A stretch of DNA of 34,340 bases. Source: Candidatus Nanohaloarchaea archaeon. GTDB taxonomy: Archaea > Nanohalarchaeota > Nanosalinia > Nanosalinales > Nanosalinaceae. The DNA lies in NCBI GenBank assembly GCA_047617745.1, contig JBLGBN010000007.1, positions 1 through 34,340 on the forward strand, read 5' to 3'. A model generated the notes under the pieces. The model worked only from the letters and a program-made list of their open reading frames with translations, was not told the DNA's origin and did not search any database. How positions within the stretch are numbered: the first letter of the stretch is position 1; every line of letters starts with the position of its first letter. Shown piece by piece: positions 8,735 to 17,903 of this stretch. Made by a program: the position numbers and the translations under genes.

Positions 8735-10638
8735 AGATTTCAAGAAAAGGGTTTTACTTTTCCTTCGATGCTTTCTTGGCTTTCACAGTTATGGCGGCAT
8801 CTCTGGCTGTGGTTTCTCAATCCTCGTTTATCTCTTCCAGCAGTTTTGACGCTTCAACAGTCGATTACAGAGAGGCAAATGTGGCAGGTAAGGACGCTAT
8901 GAAACTGGCGTCAAGCCAGAAGTTCAGCTCCTTCAATAAATCATTCCAGAACGAGCTCGTTGAACGTACTGTGATGGATGAACAGGATATGAATCGAACG
9001 TTGGTCGATGGAGTCACTCTTCTATGGGCTGCCAGAAACTTCAGCTATGCAAAAGAAGTATCAAGAAAGTACTTTGATCAGAAAGTGCCGGAAGGATATG
9101 GCTATCGAATACAGGTCGATTCACAGCAGAACACCAGTATTATACACAGTACATCTTCAATCCCAGCGGATTCAAGCTCGGTAACAAGTATCTCCAGGCT
9201 AGTTTCAGGGCATGAGATAGATAGGCCCAGCGAAGGTTTTCAGTCCCGTGCAACCTTGACATCTTTCTCCAAAAACGAAACACGTTCCTATACATTCGCC
9301 TCACAGGGAGGCGCTATGGATGGAGGTCTATTAACGGTGGAACGGAATTTTGAACTTGATGCGGACAGGATTAACTCCGCCCGGCTTTACCTAGCGCTTG
9401 ACTTTGGATGTGAGGATAACGATCTCGCGGATGTTAGAGTCAATGGAGATTCGTACAGCTACAGTGATGTGGACTGGGAAAGGTTCGATGATGGGTGTAA
9501 CTTCAGAAGAGGTGGCTTTGGATCACTTGATGTAACGGAATCTGTACAACCCGGCCGCAATAATGTCACTATAGAGTTTAGAGCCTCAGAATATCACGCT
9601 CATATCCAGCCCGGAACACGGCTCACAGTAAACTATACTGATTCCGGCCTTGAATACAGATCGGAGCCTGTCCACAGAAGAATATATTTCGAGAACACCT
9701 CTGCCAGAGTTGGATCAAGCGATCAAACAGGTTTATTCAGTATGAAGTCATATGAGATACCTCAAGGAGCTGAAATTATTAACGCATCTTTCAAACTGAA
9801 TGCATCAGGAGTTGAGAGAGAAAACTACGGTCAGTGCTACTACGGAGGTTTCTACTGTACAGATGAATACGATGTTAGAGTCTATCACGACGGGGAAAAG
9901 CTCCTTGAGAAAGGTGCTCCAGAGGACGGCAGTGTGGAGCAGTACTTCGATATAACTGAGGAGACCCATCAGGGAACTAATCTTGTTTCAACCTATCTCG
10001 ATTTCCAGAACGATGGCGGCTGGAGCAACACACCGATCAACCTTCACTCGGATTACCGGACCAACAAATCCACACATATAGATGTCTGGTATAGACCGCC
10101 GGAAGATCAGGTAAGGTTTGGAACTATTCAGGTCAGAAGGGAAAGCTTTTTCGACGAGACAGCTAACAGAATAACGATGTCGCCTGATTTCGAATACAAT
10201 GATATTACTCAGGCCCATGCTTATCCGGTTCAGCTCAGCGGATCGAGAATAGATGTCAGGGCCTGGCCTGAGGGCGACCCTTCTCAAAACGTTTTCTCCT
10301 CCGAGAGATCCAGAGAGATCCCTTCATCTGTTTTCATAGACCCTATCAGGTTTGACACTGAAAGTGAGAATTACGTTGAAATGCAGGATGAGAACCCGGA
10401 TAACGTTTTCTACAGAAAATCCAGTTTATCCTATACCGCCAGGGTACCTAATCAGGTAGGTTATGGACAGCTCTTTGACTCAAGACAGGAAGCAGCTGAT
10501 GATGCAAGAGAAAGGCTGGAAGACACTATAGGCCCACATGTTGAGCAGGAAAGTATAAGACAGGAAACTCTTTCAACCGGGAACCAGCCGTATCTATGGG
10601 GGCCGGCCTCAGTTGAACTGGTGATCTGGGATGAGTAA
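8725..10638 (+). CDS. Large pilin-like protein / putative pilus adhesin (637 aa)
   Basis: RKG|FYFSFDAFLAFTVMAASLAVV class III-like N-terminus; long beta-rich extracellular part with Cys pairs. Confidence 0.75.
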   Translation: MELKISRKGFYFSFDAFLAFTVMAASLAVVSQSSFISSSSFDASTVDYREANVAGKDAMKLASSQKFSSFNKSFQNELVERTVMDEQDMNRTLVDGVTLLWAARNFSYAKEVSRKYFDQKVPEGYGYRIQVDSQQNTSIIHSTSSIPADSSSVTSISRLVSGHEIDRPSEGFQSRATLTSFSKNETRSYTFASQGGAMDGGLLTVERNFELDADRINSARLYLALDFGCEDNDLADVRVNGDSYSYSDVDWERFDDGCNFRRGGFGSLDVTESVQPGRNNVTIEFRASEYHAHIQPGTRLTVNYTDSGLEYRSEPVHRRIYFENTSARVGSSDQTGLFSMKSYEIPQGAEIINASFKLNASGVERENYGQCYYGGFYCTDEYDVRVYHDGEKLLEKGAPEDGSVEQYFDITEETHQGTNLVSTYLDFQNDGGWSNTPINLHSDYRTNKSTHIDVWYRPPEDQVRFGTIQVRRESFFDETANRITMSPDFEYNDITQAHAYPVQLSGSRIDVRAWPEGDPSQNVFSSERSREIPSSVFIDPIRFDTESENYVEMQDENPDNVFYRKSSLSYTARVPNQVGYGQLFDSRQEAADDARERLEDTIGPHVEQESIRQETLSTGNQPYLWGPASVELVIWDE

Positions 10639-11836
10639 AGGATTCGCCTACACCTCATTTGCGCTACTCTCCGCAACGCTTCTCATTTCCATACTTTTTA
10701 CTCAGGTTTACCAGCCAACTGATATTGGGAATGCCAATGCGGAAAGAATAGGTGAGGCTTCTTTCTTCCTTGACTCGCTCTTTACAGATACAGATAGAAC
10801 CCTGAACATAGCAACCCGCAGAGCTTTTTCAGGTGCGGTATCAGAGGTTGTAACCCGGGGAGAACCTCTCAAGTCGCCGCAGAACAATATAACTGAGATA
10901 ATGGTAAATGGAACTCTAGACGGTAACGAGGTTGATTCGGTTGGAAACGCCTCTCTTTCAGAGTGGAAGGGAAGAGTCTCTGATATAGCATCTGATTCGG
11001 GATATTCTCTTGATATATCTGTTTCTAACTCATCCTTCAATAATTCAGGTTTCGAAATCTATTCGTCCTTCGATGTTAGTGCAAGGCTTCTTGACCCTGT
11101 AACACGTGCCAGCTTCAACAGGTCGCGTTCGACACAGACGGTGACATCTATCCGGGACCTGGAGGATCCAATGATAACAGTAAGGTCCCAGGGAAGATAC
11201 ACTGTAACTGTTAACGAATGCAGTTTTGAGGAACCTGCTGAGAAAGTCCATCAGAGCTCACAGAATACTACAGATACCGCCTACGGAGCCGCAGTGGTTA
11301 GGCCTACAGACCTGTCCACTGTGCAATCGAAAAACGATAAAGTACTGGCAGTTGAAGACCCGGATATTTACTCCAGCAACGAACTGAACCAGTTTGAAGG
11401 GGTAGTGGCTTCCGAAACGCGCTCCGATGTGAGCAGCATCAGCACTGTTTACGCCTTTGGAACTGATTCGCTTTCCGGGCTCGGTAACAGCAGCATCTTG
11501 ATCGACTCAAGCGATGTCTGGAGGACAGGTTTCGCTAAAATGTTTGAAGAGAACTGTTATGTGGAGTCGGAGAGAGCGCCGAGCTTCACCGATAGACTGG
11601 CAAATAATCTGACCGGCGATTCTGAAATGGGTATAACCACGCTAATCAACATCCCTGAGCTACCGCCCCAACTCCAGAAATCCGATGCATCGGCTGTTGA
11701 TTTTGTCTACTTCAGCGATTCTGCATCAGATAATACCAGAGAGTTGAAGGAGATCTCAGATCAGGATGAGTATCCATGGTTCAGACTTGACCAGGATACG
11801 GTTGATCAGTGGGAGATCGAAGAGTTAGTGAGGTAG
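10631..11836 (+). CDS. Large pilin-like protein (401 aa)
   Basis: MSKG|FAYTSFALLSATLLISILF; GGTGA SD; last gene of the coupled five-gene operon. Confidence 0.7.
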   Translation: MSKGFAYTSFALLSATLLISILFTQVYQPTDIGNANAERIGEASFFLDSLFTDTDRTLNIATRRAFSGAVSEVVTRGEPLKSPQNNITEIMVNGTLDGNEVDSVGNASLSEWKGRVSDIASDSGYSLDISVSNSSFNNSGFEIYSSFDVSARLLDPVTRASFNRSRSTQTVTSIRDLEDPMITVRSQGRYTVTVNECSFEEPAEKVHQSSQNTTDTAYGAAVVRPTDLSTVQSKNDKVLAVEDPDIYSSNELNQFEGVVASETRSDVSSISTVYAFGTDSLSGLGNSSILIDSSDVWRTGFAKMFEENCYVESERAPSFTDRLANNLTGDSEMGITTLINIPELPPQLQKSDASAVDFVYFSDSASDNTRELKEISDQDEYPWFRLDQDTVDQWEIEELVR

Positions 11837-11837
11837 A

Positions 11838-11860
11838 TAAAAAGAAGAAAAGGAAAATGT
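11838..11860 (-). terminator. T-rich archaeal terminator of the 11869..12336 pilin gene
   Basis: Plus-strand TAAAAAGAAGAAAAGGAAAATG reads as a pyrimidine/T tract on the minus strand just after the stop codon. Confidence 0.5.
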
Positions 11861-11868
11861 AAGGGGTT

Positions 11869-12336
11869 TTAGCTGTTGTCTACCATCTGTCCTTGCAGTG
11901 AACCTGAATCCTCAGATTCTAGACCGCCTTCTGTGTACTCGACACTGATGTCGAATGTGTTACAGCCTTCTTCAGCTGACGAGATTTCGTCAACTGTGTA
12001 CTGAACTGTGTCGCCGAATCCAAGAACTGAATCAGATTCTGCTTCACCGTCATAAGAAGCTACAGTCACTGATGTGATGTTTACTTCTTCCTGCTGGTTG
12101 TTTTCCAGCTGGATGTTGAGGCTTTCGTTAGTAGCTGAGAAATCAGATACTCCAAAAGCCTGCTGTGTGGACTCTATGTCATTGATTTGCTGTTCGCATG
12201 ACTGTTGAGAGTCCTGTACGGTGGCGAAAATTGCTCCTCCTACAATTGCTACTACGAGAAGCATCCATCCGTAGGTCATCAGGTATTCGATGGCAGACTG
12301 TCCTTTACTCGTTGAAAGTCCAAATTTCTGTCTCAT
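11869..12336 (-). CDS. Probable major type IV pilin (Q+1/E+5 class III signal)
   Basis: KG|QSAIEYLMTYGWMLLVVAIVGGAIF; own TATA box, SD and terminator; acidic head with two Cys. Confidence 0.88.
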   Translation of the reverse strand: MRQKFGLSTSKGQSAIEYLMTYGWMLLVVAIVGGAIFATVQDSQQSCEQQINDIESTQQAFGVSDFSATNESLNIQLENNQQEEVNITSVTVASYDGEAESDSVLGFGDTVQYTVDEISSAEEGCNTFDISVEYTEGGLESEDSGSLQGQMVDNS

Positions 12337-12348
12337 GAAAGGTTTTGC

Positions 12349-12395
12349 ACCTGAACTCTAATTCCTAATTGTCTAACTCTTTATAAAAAGGTTTT
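12349..12395 (-). promoter_or_regulatory. TATA/BRE promoter and SD of the major pilin candidate
   Basis: Minus strand AAAACCTTTTTATAAAG (TATA ~12380-12389) and CAGGTG SD about 12 nt before the ATG. Confidence 0.55.
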
Positions 12396-12418
12396 CTGGG
12401 TGGTTTTTGACCCGTTTT

Positions 12419-13396
12419 CTATACCACGCCGCCCATTACGGAGGCTATACCGTTCTTCACTATAAAGAACAGAACTACTGATATTGTCACCATAACGGGT
12501 ATGTATTTCGCACCCTCCTTCACATTTGCGTTTTTGATCTCTGAAATTATTATCGCGGCGAAGAAGTTGATCGCTATTATTGCCATGACCGAGAACTGCT
12601 CGAAGAAGGCAGTATTGACCTCGGGAGCCTGGAAACTCAGACCTAGTTCCCCTCCGGTCTGCATATCTCCAATATTGGTGCCGCTCCACATGTTAGCGGT
12701 GGTTTCAGACATGTATACGCTGATTGAGAATAAAAGGGGGGCGCCGACTACGGCAGCCATCAGAATAAATATCACGTACATACGGATATTCGAATTGATC
12801 TCCTGCTGAAGCTCAAGAGAGTTCCGGATATCTTCTGCGCTGGACTCCAGTAGCTGAGCCGTATTACCGCCTGACTGTATGCCGTCGACTAGAAGCTTCA
12901 GTGTCTCCTTGAACAGCTCCGATTTTACCCTGTCTTCCATCTCCATCAGGGAATCTTCCACCGGTTCCCCGGAGAACATCTCCATCGCTGTTAATCTAAG
13001 CTCTTCCGCCAGTGGCCCGAATTCGTCTCGGGCGCTCATAAGGAATGCTTTGTCGATACTGACGCCTGATTTCAGGTTGGCGCTGATTAGTAAGAGGGCG
13101 TCGGGTAAAACATTCTCTATCTCGTTTTTTCTTCTCTCAGCTGCTATTGAAACAATTAGATAGGGTACAAGTAGGGCTATAGCTGGTGCTGTAATTGCAA
13201 AGATTGCAGACCTTACTATAATACTGTAAGGTAGTAGAATGCTGCCTATTAGGGTGATGAAAATAGATATGCTTCCAAGGCTGACAGTTAGCCTCTCCAG
13301 ATTGGTTATAGACGCGTACTTGGCTTCCAGTTCTATTACATCCCTGTATCTTTCCGGCAGGCTTTTGTAGATCAGTTTAATTTTGTCTTTACTCAT
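12419..13396 (-). CDS. Type IV pilus platform membrane protein (PilC/TadC, T2SS-F family)
   Basis: IENVLPDALLLISANLKSG, EFGPLAEEL, GIQSGG; multiple TM helices; 4-nt overlap with its paralog. Confidence 0.9.
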   Translation of the reverse strand: MSKDKIKLIYKSLPERYRDVIELEAKYASITNLERLTVSLGSISIFITLIGSILLPYSIIVRSAIFAITAPAIALLVPYLIVSIAAERRKNEIENVLPDALLLISANLKSGVSIDKAFLMSARDEFGPLAEELRLTAMEMFSGEPVEDSLMEMEDRVKSELFKETLKLLVDGIQSGGNTAQLLESSAEDIRNSLELQQEINSNIRMYVIFILMAAVVGAPLLFSISVYMSETTANMWSGTNIGDMQTGGELGLSFQAPEVNTAFFEQFSVMAIIAINFFAAIIISEIKNANVKEGAKYIPVMVTISVVLFFIVKNGIASVMGGVV

Positions 13397-14247
13397 GTTT
13401 TCACCTCGGGTCTTTTCGATTTAACGAAGTTCAGGAAGAACACCTGGAAAAGTATCAAACCGACCAGAATCTGGTAGAATGTGAACTTGTCCAGCCCGAC
13501 ACCTGTGAACGTTGACAGCACTATGAGGAAAGTAACTCCCAGAGAGGGCATGATAACCGCAATCATAAGGTAGACAAGGATATATGGGTTGAGCTCTTTA
13601 CCGTATCTCTCAACCTTCAGCTTCTGCTGTTTTATCATTGAGTCTACCAGTGTTTCCAGGGTGTTGGAGAGATCGGTTCCTGATTTCAGGGCGTTGATCA
13701 TCTGCCACATCGCCCTTCGGTACTGCTCGCTGGGATTTCTGACAATTGAATCCTCTAGGGCCTCTATCTGCGGCTTTCCTCCGTTGATGTCTTTGGTTAT
13801 TCTTCTGAATTCGTTGGATGCCTCGCCGTATCCTTCGCTGACTGATACCATTGCCTCGTAAAGCGAGATACCTGATCTTACCTCAATAAGCATGTGTCTG
13901 AGAGCATATGGAAGGTCTTTGTCCAGCTCTCTGGAGATCCTCTTGGTCTTAATCTTGGGGTAGTTTGCGACTGTGAAGAACCCGAATATCGAGACTATTG
14001 GAAGCAATGCTACCCCGCCTACCACGATCTGACTGTTACTTACTACAGTTCCGGCTGCTACCAGGGATAGGGATAGTGTTATCCCGATCTGTAAACCTCT
14101 TGCTATAGCCGAGGCCAGAAATATGTCTGCGTCAACATCCATCCTTGCCCGGGTCAGATCTCTCTGTATATTAGGTACCAGCTTGTTTGCTCTCCCCGTT
14201 ATCGGCAGGAAGTATTTCAGGTATTTTTCAGATACGCGGAGATCCAT
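13393..14247 (-). CDS. Type IV pilus platform membrane protein (PilC/TadB, T2SS-F family)
   Basis: LDKDLPYALRHMLIEVRSGISL, GYGEASNEF, NALKSG; TM helices at both ends. Confidence 0.9.
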   Translation of the reverse strand: MDLRVSEKYLKYFLPITGRANKLVPNIQRDLTRARMDVDADIFLASAIARGLQIGITLSLSLVAAGTVVSNSQIVVGGVALLPIVSIFGFFTVANYPKIKTKRISRELDKDLPYALRHMLIEVRSGISLYEAMVSVSEGYGEASNEFRRITKDINGGKPQIEALEDSIVRNPSEQYRRAMWQMINALKSGTDLSNTLETLVDSMIKQQKLKVERYGKELNPYILVYLMIAVIMPSLGVTFLIVLSTFTGVGLDKFTFYQILVGLILFQVFFLNFVKSKRPEVKT

Positions 14248-14337
14248 CTCTAAAATTAGTTGTTGGCTCGTCGAATAAAAAGTAAATTAGACTCTGCAAG
14301 AGGATTGATTTTTATACCGGTCTGAGAACATTTAATT

Positions 14338-14655
14338 ATGACATTCTTTGAAATATTCCTGCCCGCTACTGCAGCTCTACTATCGCTAGTGGGTCTGGTA
14401 GTTGCCTACTGGGTTATAACCCGGTGTAAGAAGAGTGAGTTTATGCCTACATACTACTTCATCGGCTTCTCAATAATTTCCGTCCTGATGATGTCGCTTT
14501 CGAGAATCTCAAGCGCGCTGTTTGGAAGCCCTCTGTTTAATTATCCATTGATTCTGGATCTGATGATCGCCTGGTCCGCATTGTTCCTTTTCGGAGCGCT
14601 ATGGCAGAGTTACGAGACATCAATCTGTGTAGTGCCTTCCCAGTTGGAGGACTAG
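14338..14655 (+). CDS. Small three-TM membrane protein, unknown function
   Basis: 105-aa ORF filling the gap between the ATPase and platform genes; three hydrophobic segments; TTTTTATA about 25 nt upstream. Confidence 0.7.
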   Translation: MTFFEIFLPATAALLSLVGLVVAYWVITRCKKSEFMPTYYFIGFSIISVLMMSLSRISSALFGSPLFNYPLILDLMIAWSALFLFGALWQSYETSICVVPSQLED

Positions 14656-14658
14656 AAT

Positions 14659-16167
14659 TTAGTTATCGCCGGAACTAAGCTTTCCGGGGTCCATGTCGTT
14701 TTCAACCAGCTCTAGAACATTTTCCTTCTCTGAATAGTATTCGGCTATAACCTCTCCTACGCCGTCAACGCTGTTGACATCTTTATCCTCCATCCATTTC
14801 AGCACACGTTTTTTCTCTTCAATATTCTCATGCATCTCTTCACGGGTCATACCTGCGTGTAACTGAAGGGTCTCGAAGATCGCTTGGGATTCCTGTTTCT
14901 TCTCGATTTCGTCTTCTTTTGACTGCCATTCATAAATTACATCTGCGTCGATCTCATCTTCCCCGTTTTCTGTGATCTCGGCTACTTCCATGGCTCTCCT
15001 GAAATTTCTTCTCCGGTCTCGGAACATGACTACGTTGACATCGACCGCGTCAACCATAGTTTTTGGAACATCGATCGGTGGGTTGACAAGTCTTCTCACT
15101 GTCTGCTGTGCGGTGTCTGCGTGCAGTGTTGAGTAGACCGAGTGGCCTGTGTGCATTGCCTCGAAAAGTACTTCTGCCTGCTGTTTCTTCCTGATCTCTC
15201 CTACCAGGATTCTATCCGGACGCATCCTCAGTGCGTTGACCAGTAGGTCAAGCATTGATACTCCGCCCTTTCCTTCCGGGTTCGGCTCTCGAGTGGTTAA
15301 AGGAACCCAGTGAAGGAACTCTGGCAGTGAGACCTCACGTGTGTCCTCGATTGATAGGACTCTCTGGTTGGGAGGTATAAATGGCATTAATACGTTCAGG
15401 AGGGAAGTTTTTCCGGCTCCTGTACCGCCTGAGACGATAAGGTTTAGCTCGTACTGGAGACACAGCCATAGAAACGCTGCGACCTCTCTGTCTATGGTTC
15501 CGTTCGCGATAAAATCGGTGATTGTCCAGGGGTCTCTTGCGAACTTCCTGATCGTTATAGTGTTGCCCTGTGTGGAGATTGGGTATAGTGTGGCGTTGGT
15601 TCTGTCGCCTGTTGAAAGATGTGCGTCGAGCAGAGGGTGAAGTGAGGAAATGTTCTTCCCTACTCTCCTCCCGATTTCGGAGGCGTAGTTGTAGATTTCA
15701 TCCTCCTCCTCGAACTCTATGTTTGTTTTGAGCCAGCCGTCCTCTTTGTGGTAGACCCAGGCTGGTTCGTCGCTTCCGTTGACAACGATCTCCTCTAAAT
15801 TCTCGTCGTTCAGCACGATCTCTATGTCTCCGAGCCCAAGCATTTCGTGGATTAAATTACCTATGAGTATATCTTTTGTCTGCTCGTTTGTGTTAGGAAG
15901 TTCTTCCTCTAGAAGTTCCATTGCCTCATCCCGGAACTTGCTTTTCACATTGTCCAGAGCCTTTGAATCCACAAATTCTTCGGTTGAAAGGTTGACTTGC
16001 TTCACAATTTTCTCCTTTAATTCCTGTAGAACGGCTTCTGTTGCTGTATCTATCTCAGGCCTGTCGACATGGTAGTTCAGTACGTATTCGTCTTCTTTTT
16101 CAAGTATTTTTACGCGTGCAGGTACTCCGTCTGCTTCTACTTGGTACTCCTCCTGTGTTTCCGGCAT
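14659..16167 (-). CDS. Type IV pilus assembly ATPase (PilB/TadA/VirB11 family)
   Basis: Walker A GGTGAGKT, Asp box SIEDTRE, Walker B LRMRPDRILVGEIR, His box HTGHSVYSTLHA, TIRKF. Confidence 0.95.
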   Translation of the reverse strand: MPETQEEYQVEADGVPARVKILEKEDEYVLNYHVDRPEIDTATEAVLQELKEKIVKQVNLSTEEFVDSKALDNVKSKFRDEAMELLEEELPNTNEQTKDILIGNLIHEMLGLGDIEIVLNDENLEEIVVNGSDEPAWVYHKEDGWLKTNIEFEEEDEIYNYASEIGRRVGKNISSLHPLLDAHLSTGDRTNATLYPISTQGNTITIRKFARDPWTITDFIANGTIDREVAAFLWLCLQYELNLIVSGGTGAGKTSLLNVLMPFIPPNQRVLSIEDTREVSLPEFLHWVPLTTREPNPEGKGGVSMLDLLVNALRMRPDRILVGEIRKKQQAEVLFEAMHTGHSVYSTLHADTAQQTVRRLVNPPIDVPKTMVDAVDVNVVMFRDRRRNFRRAMEVAEITENGEDEIDADVIYEWQSKEDEIEKKQESQAIFETLQLHAGMTREEMHENIEEKKRVLKWMEDKDVNSVDGVGEVIAEYYSEKENVLELVENDMDPGKLSSGDN

Positions 16168-16174
16168 CTATATT

Positions 16175-16924
16175 TCAGTCCTCGGTCCTGTAGATCGCAT
16201 TTTTCATTTTTTCTCTGAATTTTGAGAAAATCCTGTCTTCTTCTTCTCTTTCTTCTTCAAGTTCGTCCATTTTTTCCTGTATTTCCTCGGCATCCTCGGC
16301 GTGAGACTCCAGTTTCTTCAGGGCCTTGATTTTCTTCCTGATATCCTGTTCTTTCTTCTCGAACGATTCAGCTGTGCTTTCGGCTTCATCTATACGGTTA
16401 AGGACGTTATCTATCCTTGAAACCAGTTTGACTGAATCTGATTCAATGTTCTTATGTTTCTCTTTTTGCTCTTTCAGGGTTTTCTCTATCTCCTGCTCCA
16501 TCTCTGTAAGTTCCTCCATCTTTTCATTGATCTCTTCCTGTTTCTCTCTGTTCTCTTCCAGCTCCTCTTCCAGCTCTTTCAGCCTTTCTTTTCCTTTCTT
16601 TACTTCGTCTTTCCTGTTTTCAAGTTCCTTCTCAACAGTTTCGGATTCTTCCTCGATCTCCTCTCTCATCTTCTGAAGTTTCTCGCTGGCTTGCTCTCTG
16701 TTCTTGTCAGTGTATTTCAGGACCATTCCTTTCCGGGCCGAGTATTTTTTCTCTACGAACCCATTTTCATCCAGAGCTTTCGCCCAGGTCTTAACCCTGT
16801 CTTCGGAGACTCCTAGTTCGTCAGATATCTGTGACACGGGTGCTTCTCTTTCCTCCACAAGATATTTCAGGAGATTGTCAACCCCGGTTTCAATTACTAT
16901 ATCTTTCCAGTCCTGATCAGCCAT
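16175..16924 (-). CDS. Winged-HTH plus coiled-coil protein, directly upstream of the pilus ATPase
   Basis: N-terminal VSQISDELGVSEDRVKTWAKALDENGFV HTH pattern, followed by E/K-rich heptads; GTGA SD. Confidence 0.75.
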   Translation of the reverse strand: MADQDWKDIVIETGVDNLLKYLVEEREAPVSQISDELGVSEDRVKTWAKALDENGFVEKKYSARKGMVLKYTDKNREQASEKLQKMREEIEEESETVEKELENRKDEVKKGKERLKELEEELEENREKQEEINEKMEELTEMEQEIEKTLKEQKEKHKNIESDSVKLVSRIDNVLNRIDEAESTAESFEKKEQDIRKKIKALKKLESHAEDAEEIQEKMDELEEEREEEDRIFSKFREKMKNAIYRTED

Positions 16925-17021
16925 TTGAAATCACTTCTTGGTTTCTTCAAGAACGGGATTTCCCTGGGTTTCAATCATAAGAACAGTATAAATTTAACTG
17001 CGTCTGATTTTAAAGACTATC

Positions 17022-17903
17022 ATGTTCGTAGTTTTCTCGCACATAGTCGCGTTCTGCGTGTTATTCACTGCTGCGGTATTCGACCTTAAGACGACAGAGG
17101 TACCGGACAGCCTGAACCTGGTCGGTGTCGTAGCGGGTGTAGGTCTTCACTTGCTTGCCTCGCTCCAGTACATGGATTACTCCGCGCTTTTCAGTTCACT
17201 GGTTCTATCAGCGCCAATTGAATGGTTTTTATCTCTCGGAGAGCCTCTGGCATGGAGTCTGGGAATCGGTTTAGCTTTCTCAGTCTATGGATGGGGGCTA
17301 TACTTCCTCGGTATGTGGGGAGGAGCCGACGCATTTGCAATGAGTGTGCTTGGTTTCGCAACTCCCTACGCGGTTTCGGGCCCTGGCATTTTCTATGCGG
17401 TAAGTATGTTTGCCGCTGTGATGGTCGCTGGATTCCTCTACACGCTAGGGTTCGGTTTCTTCAAGCTTTTCTCCCATCCAGAGATAGTCCGGAAGACCTG
17501 GAACGAGATCAAACAGGATGAAAGGAGGGTTTCGCTGGAGATTCTGGCTGCAGCAGCGATTTCAAGTTTTGCGGCAGTAACCGATGTGTTTCTGGGAATC
17601 ACTTACTTTGTTTCACTGCTGTTTATGATAATTCTCTACCGGCTTTTCCAGAACATTCAGGATGATTTAATGGTCAGAAAGGTTGCGGTAGAAGACCTTG
17701 AAGGAGGAGAGGTACTTGGTGAGGACGAGGCTCTTGGAGGCAAGATTGAAGGTATAGACCAGAATGATATTGAATCCATAGAAAAAGATCAGGTAGAGGT
17801 TAGAGAAGGGATTAAATTCGTACCAGTTTTCCCAATAGCGCTCTTCTTGGTTGATGTCGTCGGTTTCAGGGTTTCCTGGCTATTCCTGTTTTTCAGCTTA
17901 TAA
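17022..17903 (+). CDS. Prepilin peptidase (A24 GxGD-type aspartic protease)
   Basis: Catalytic Asp motifs AVFDLKTTEVPD and WGGAD; polytopic; C-terminal VREGIKFVPVF typical of archaeal A24 enzymes. Confidence 0.9.
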   Translation: MFVVFSHIVAFCVLFTAAVFDLKTTEVPDSLNLVGVVAGVGLHLLASLQYMDYSALFSSLVLSAPIEWFLSLGEPLAWSLGIGLAFSVYGWGLYFLGMWGGADAFAMSVLGFATPYAVSGPGIFYAVSMFAAVMVAGFLYTLGFGFFKLFSHPEIVRKTWNEIKQDERRVSLEILAAAAISSFAAVTDVFLGITYFVSLLFMIILYRLFQNIQDDLMVRKVAVEDLEGGEVLGEDEALGGKIEGIDQNDIESIEKDQVEVREGIKFVPVFPIALFLVDVVGFRVSWLFLFFSL

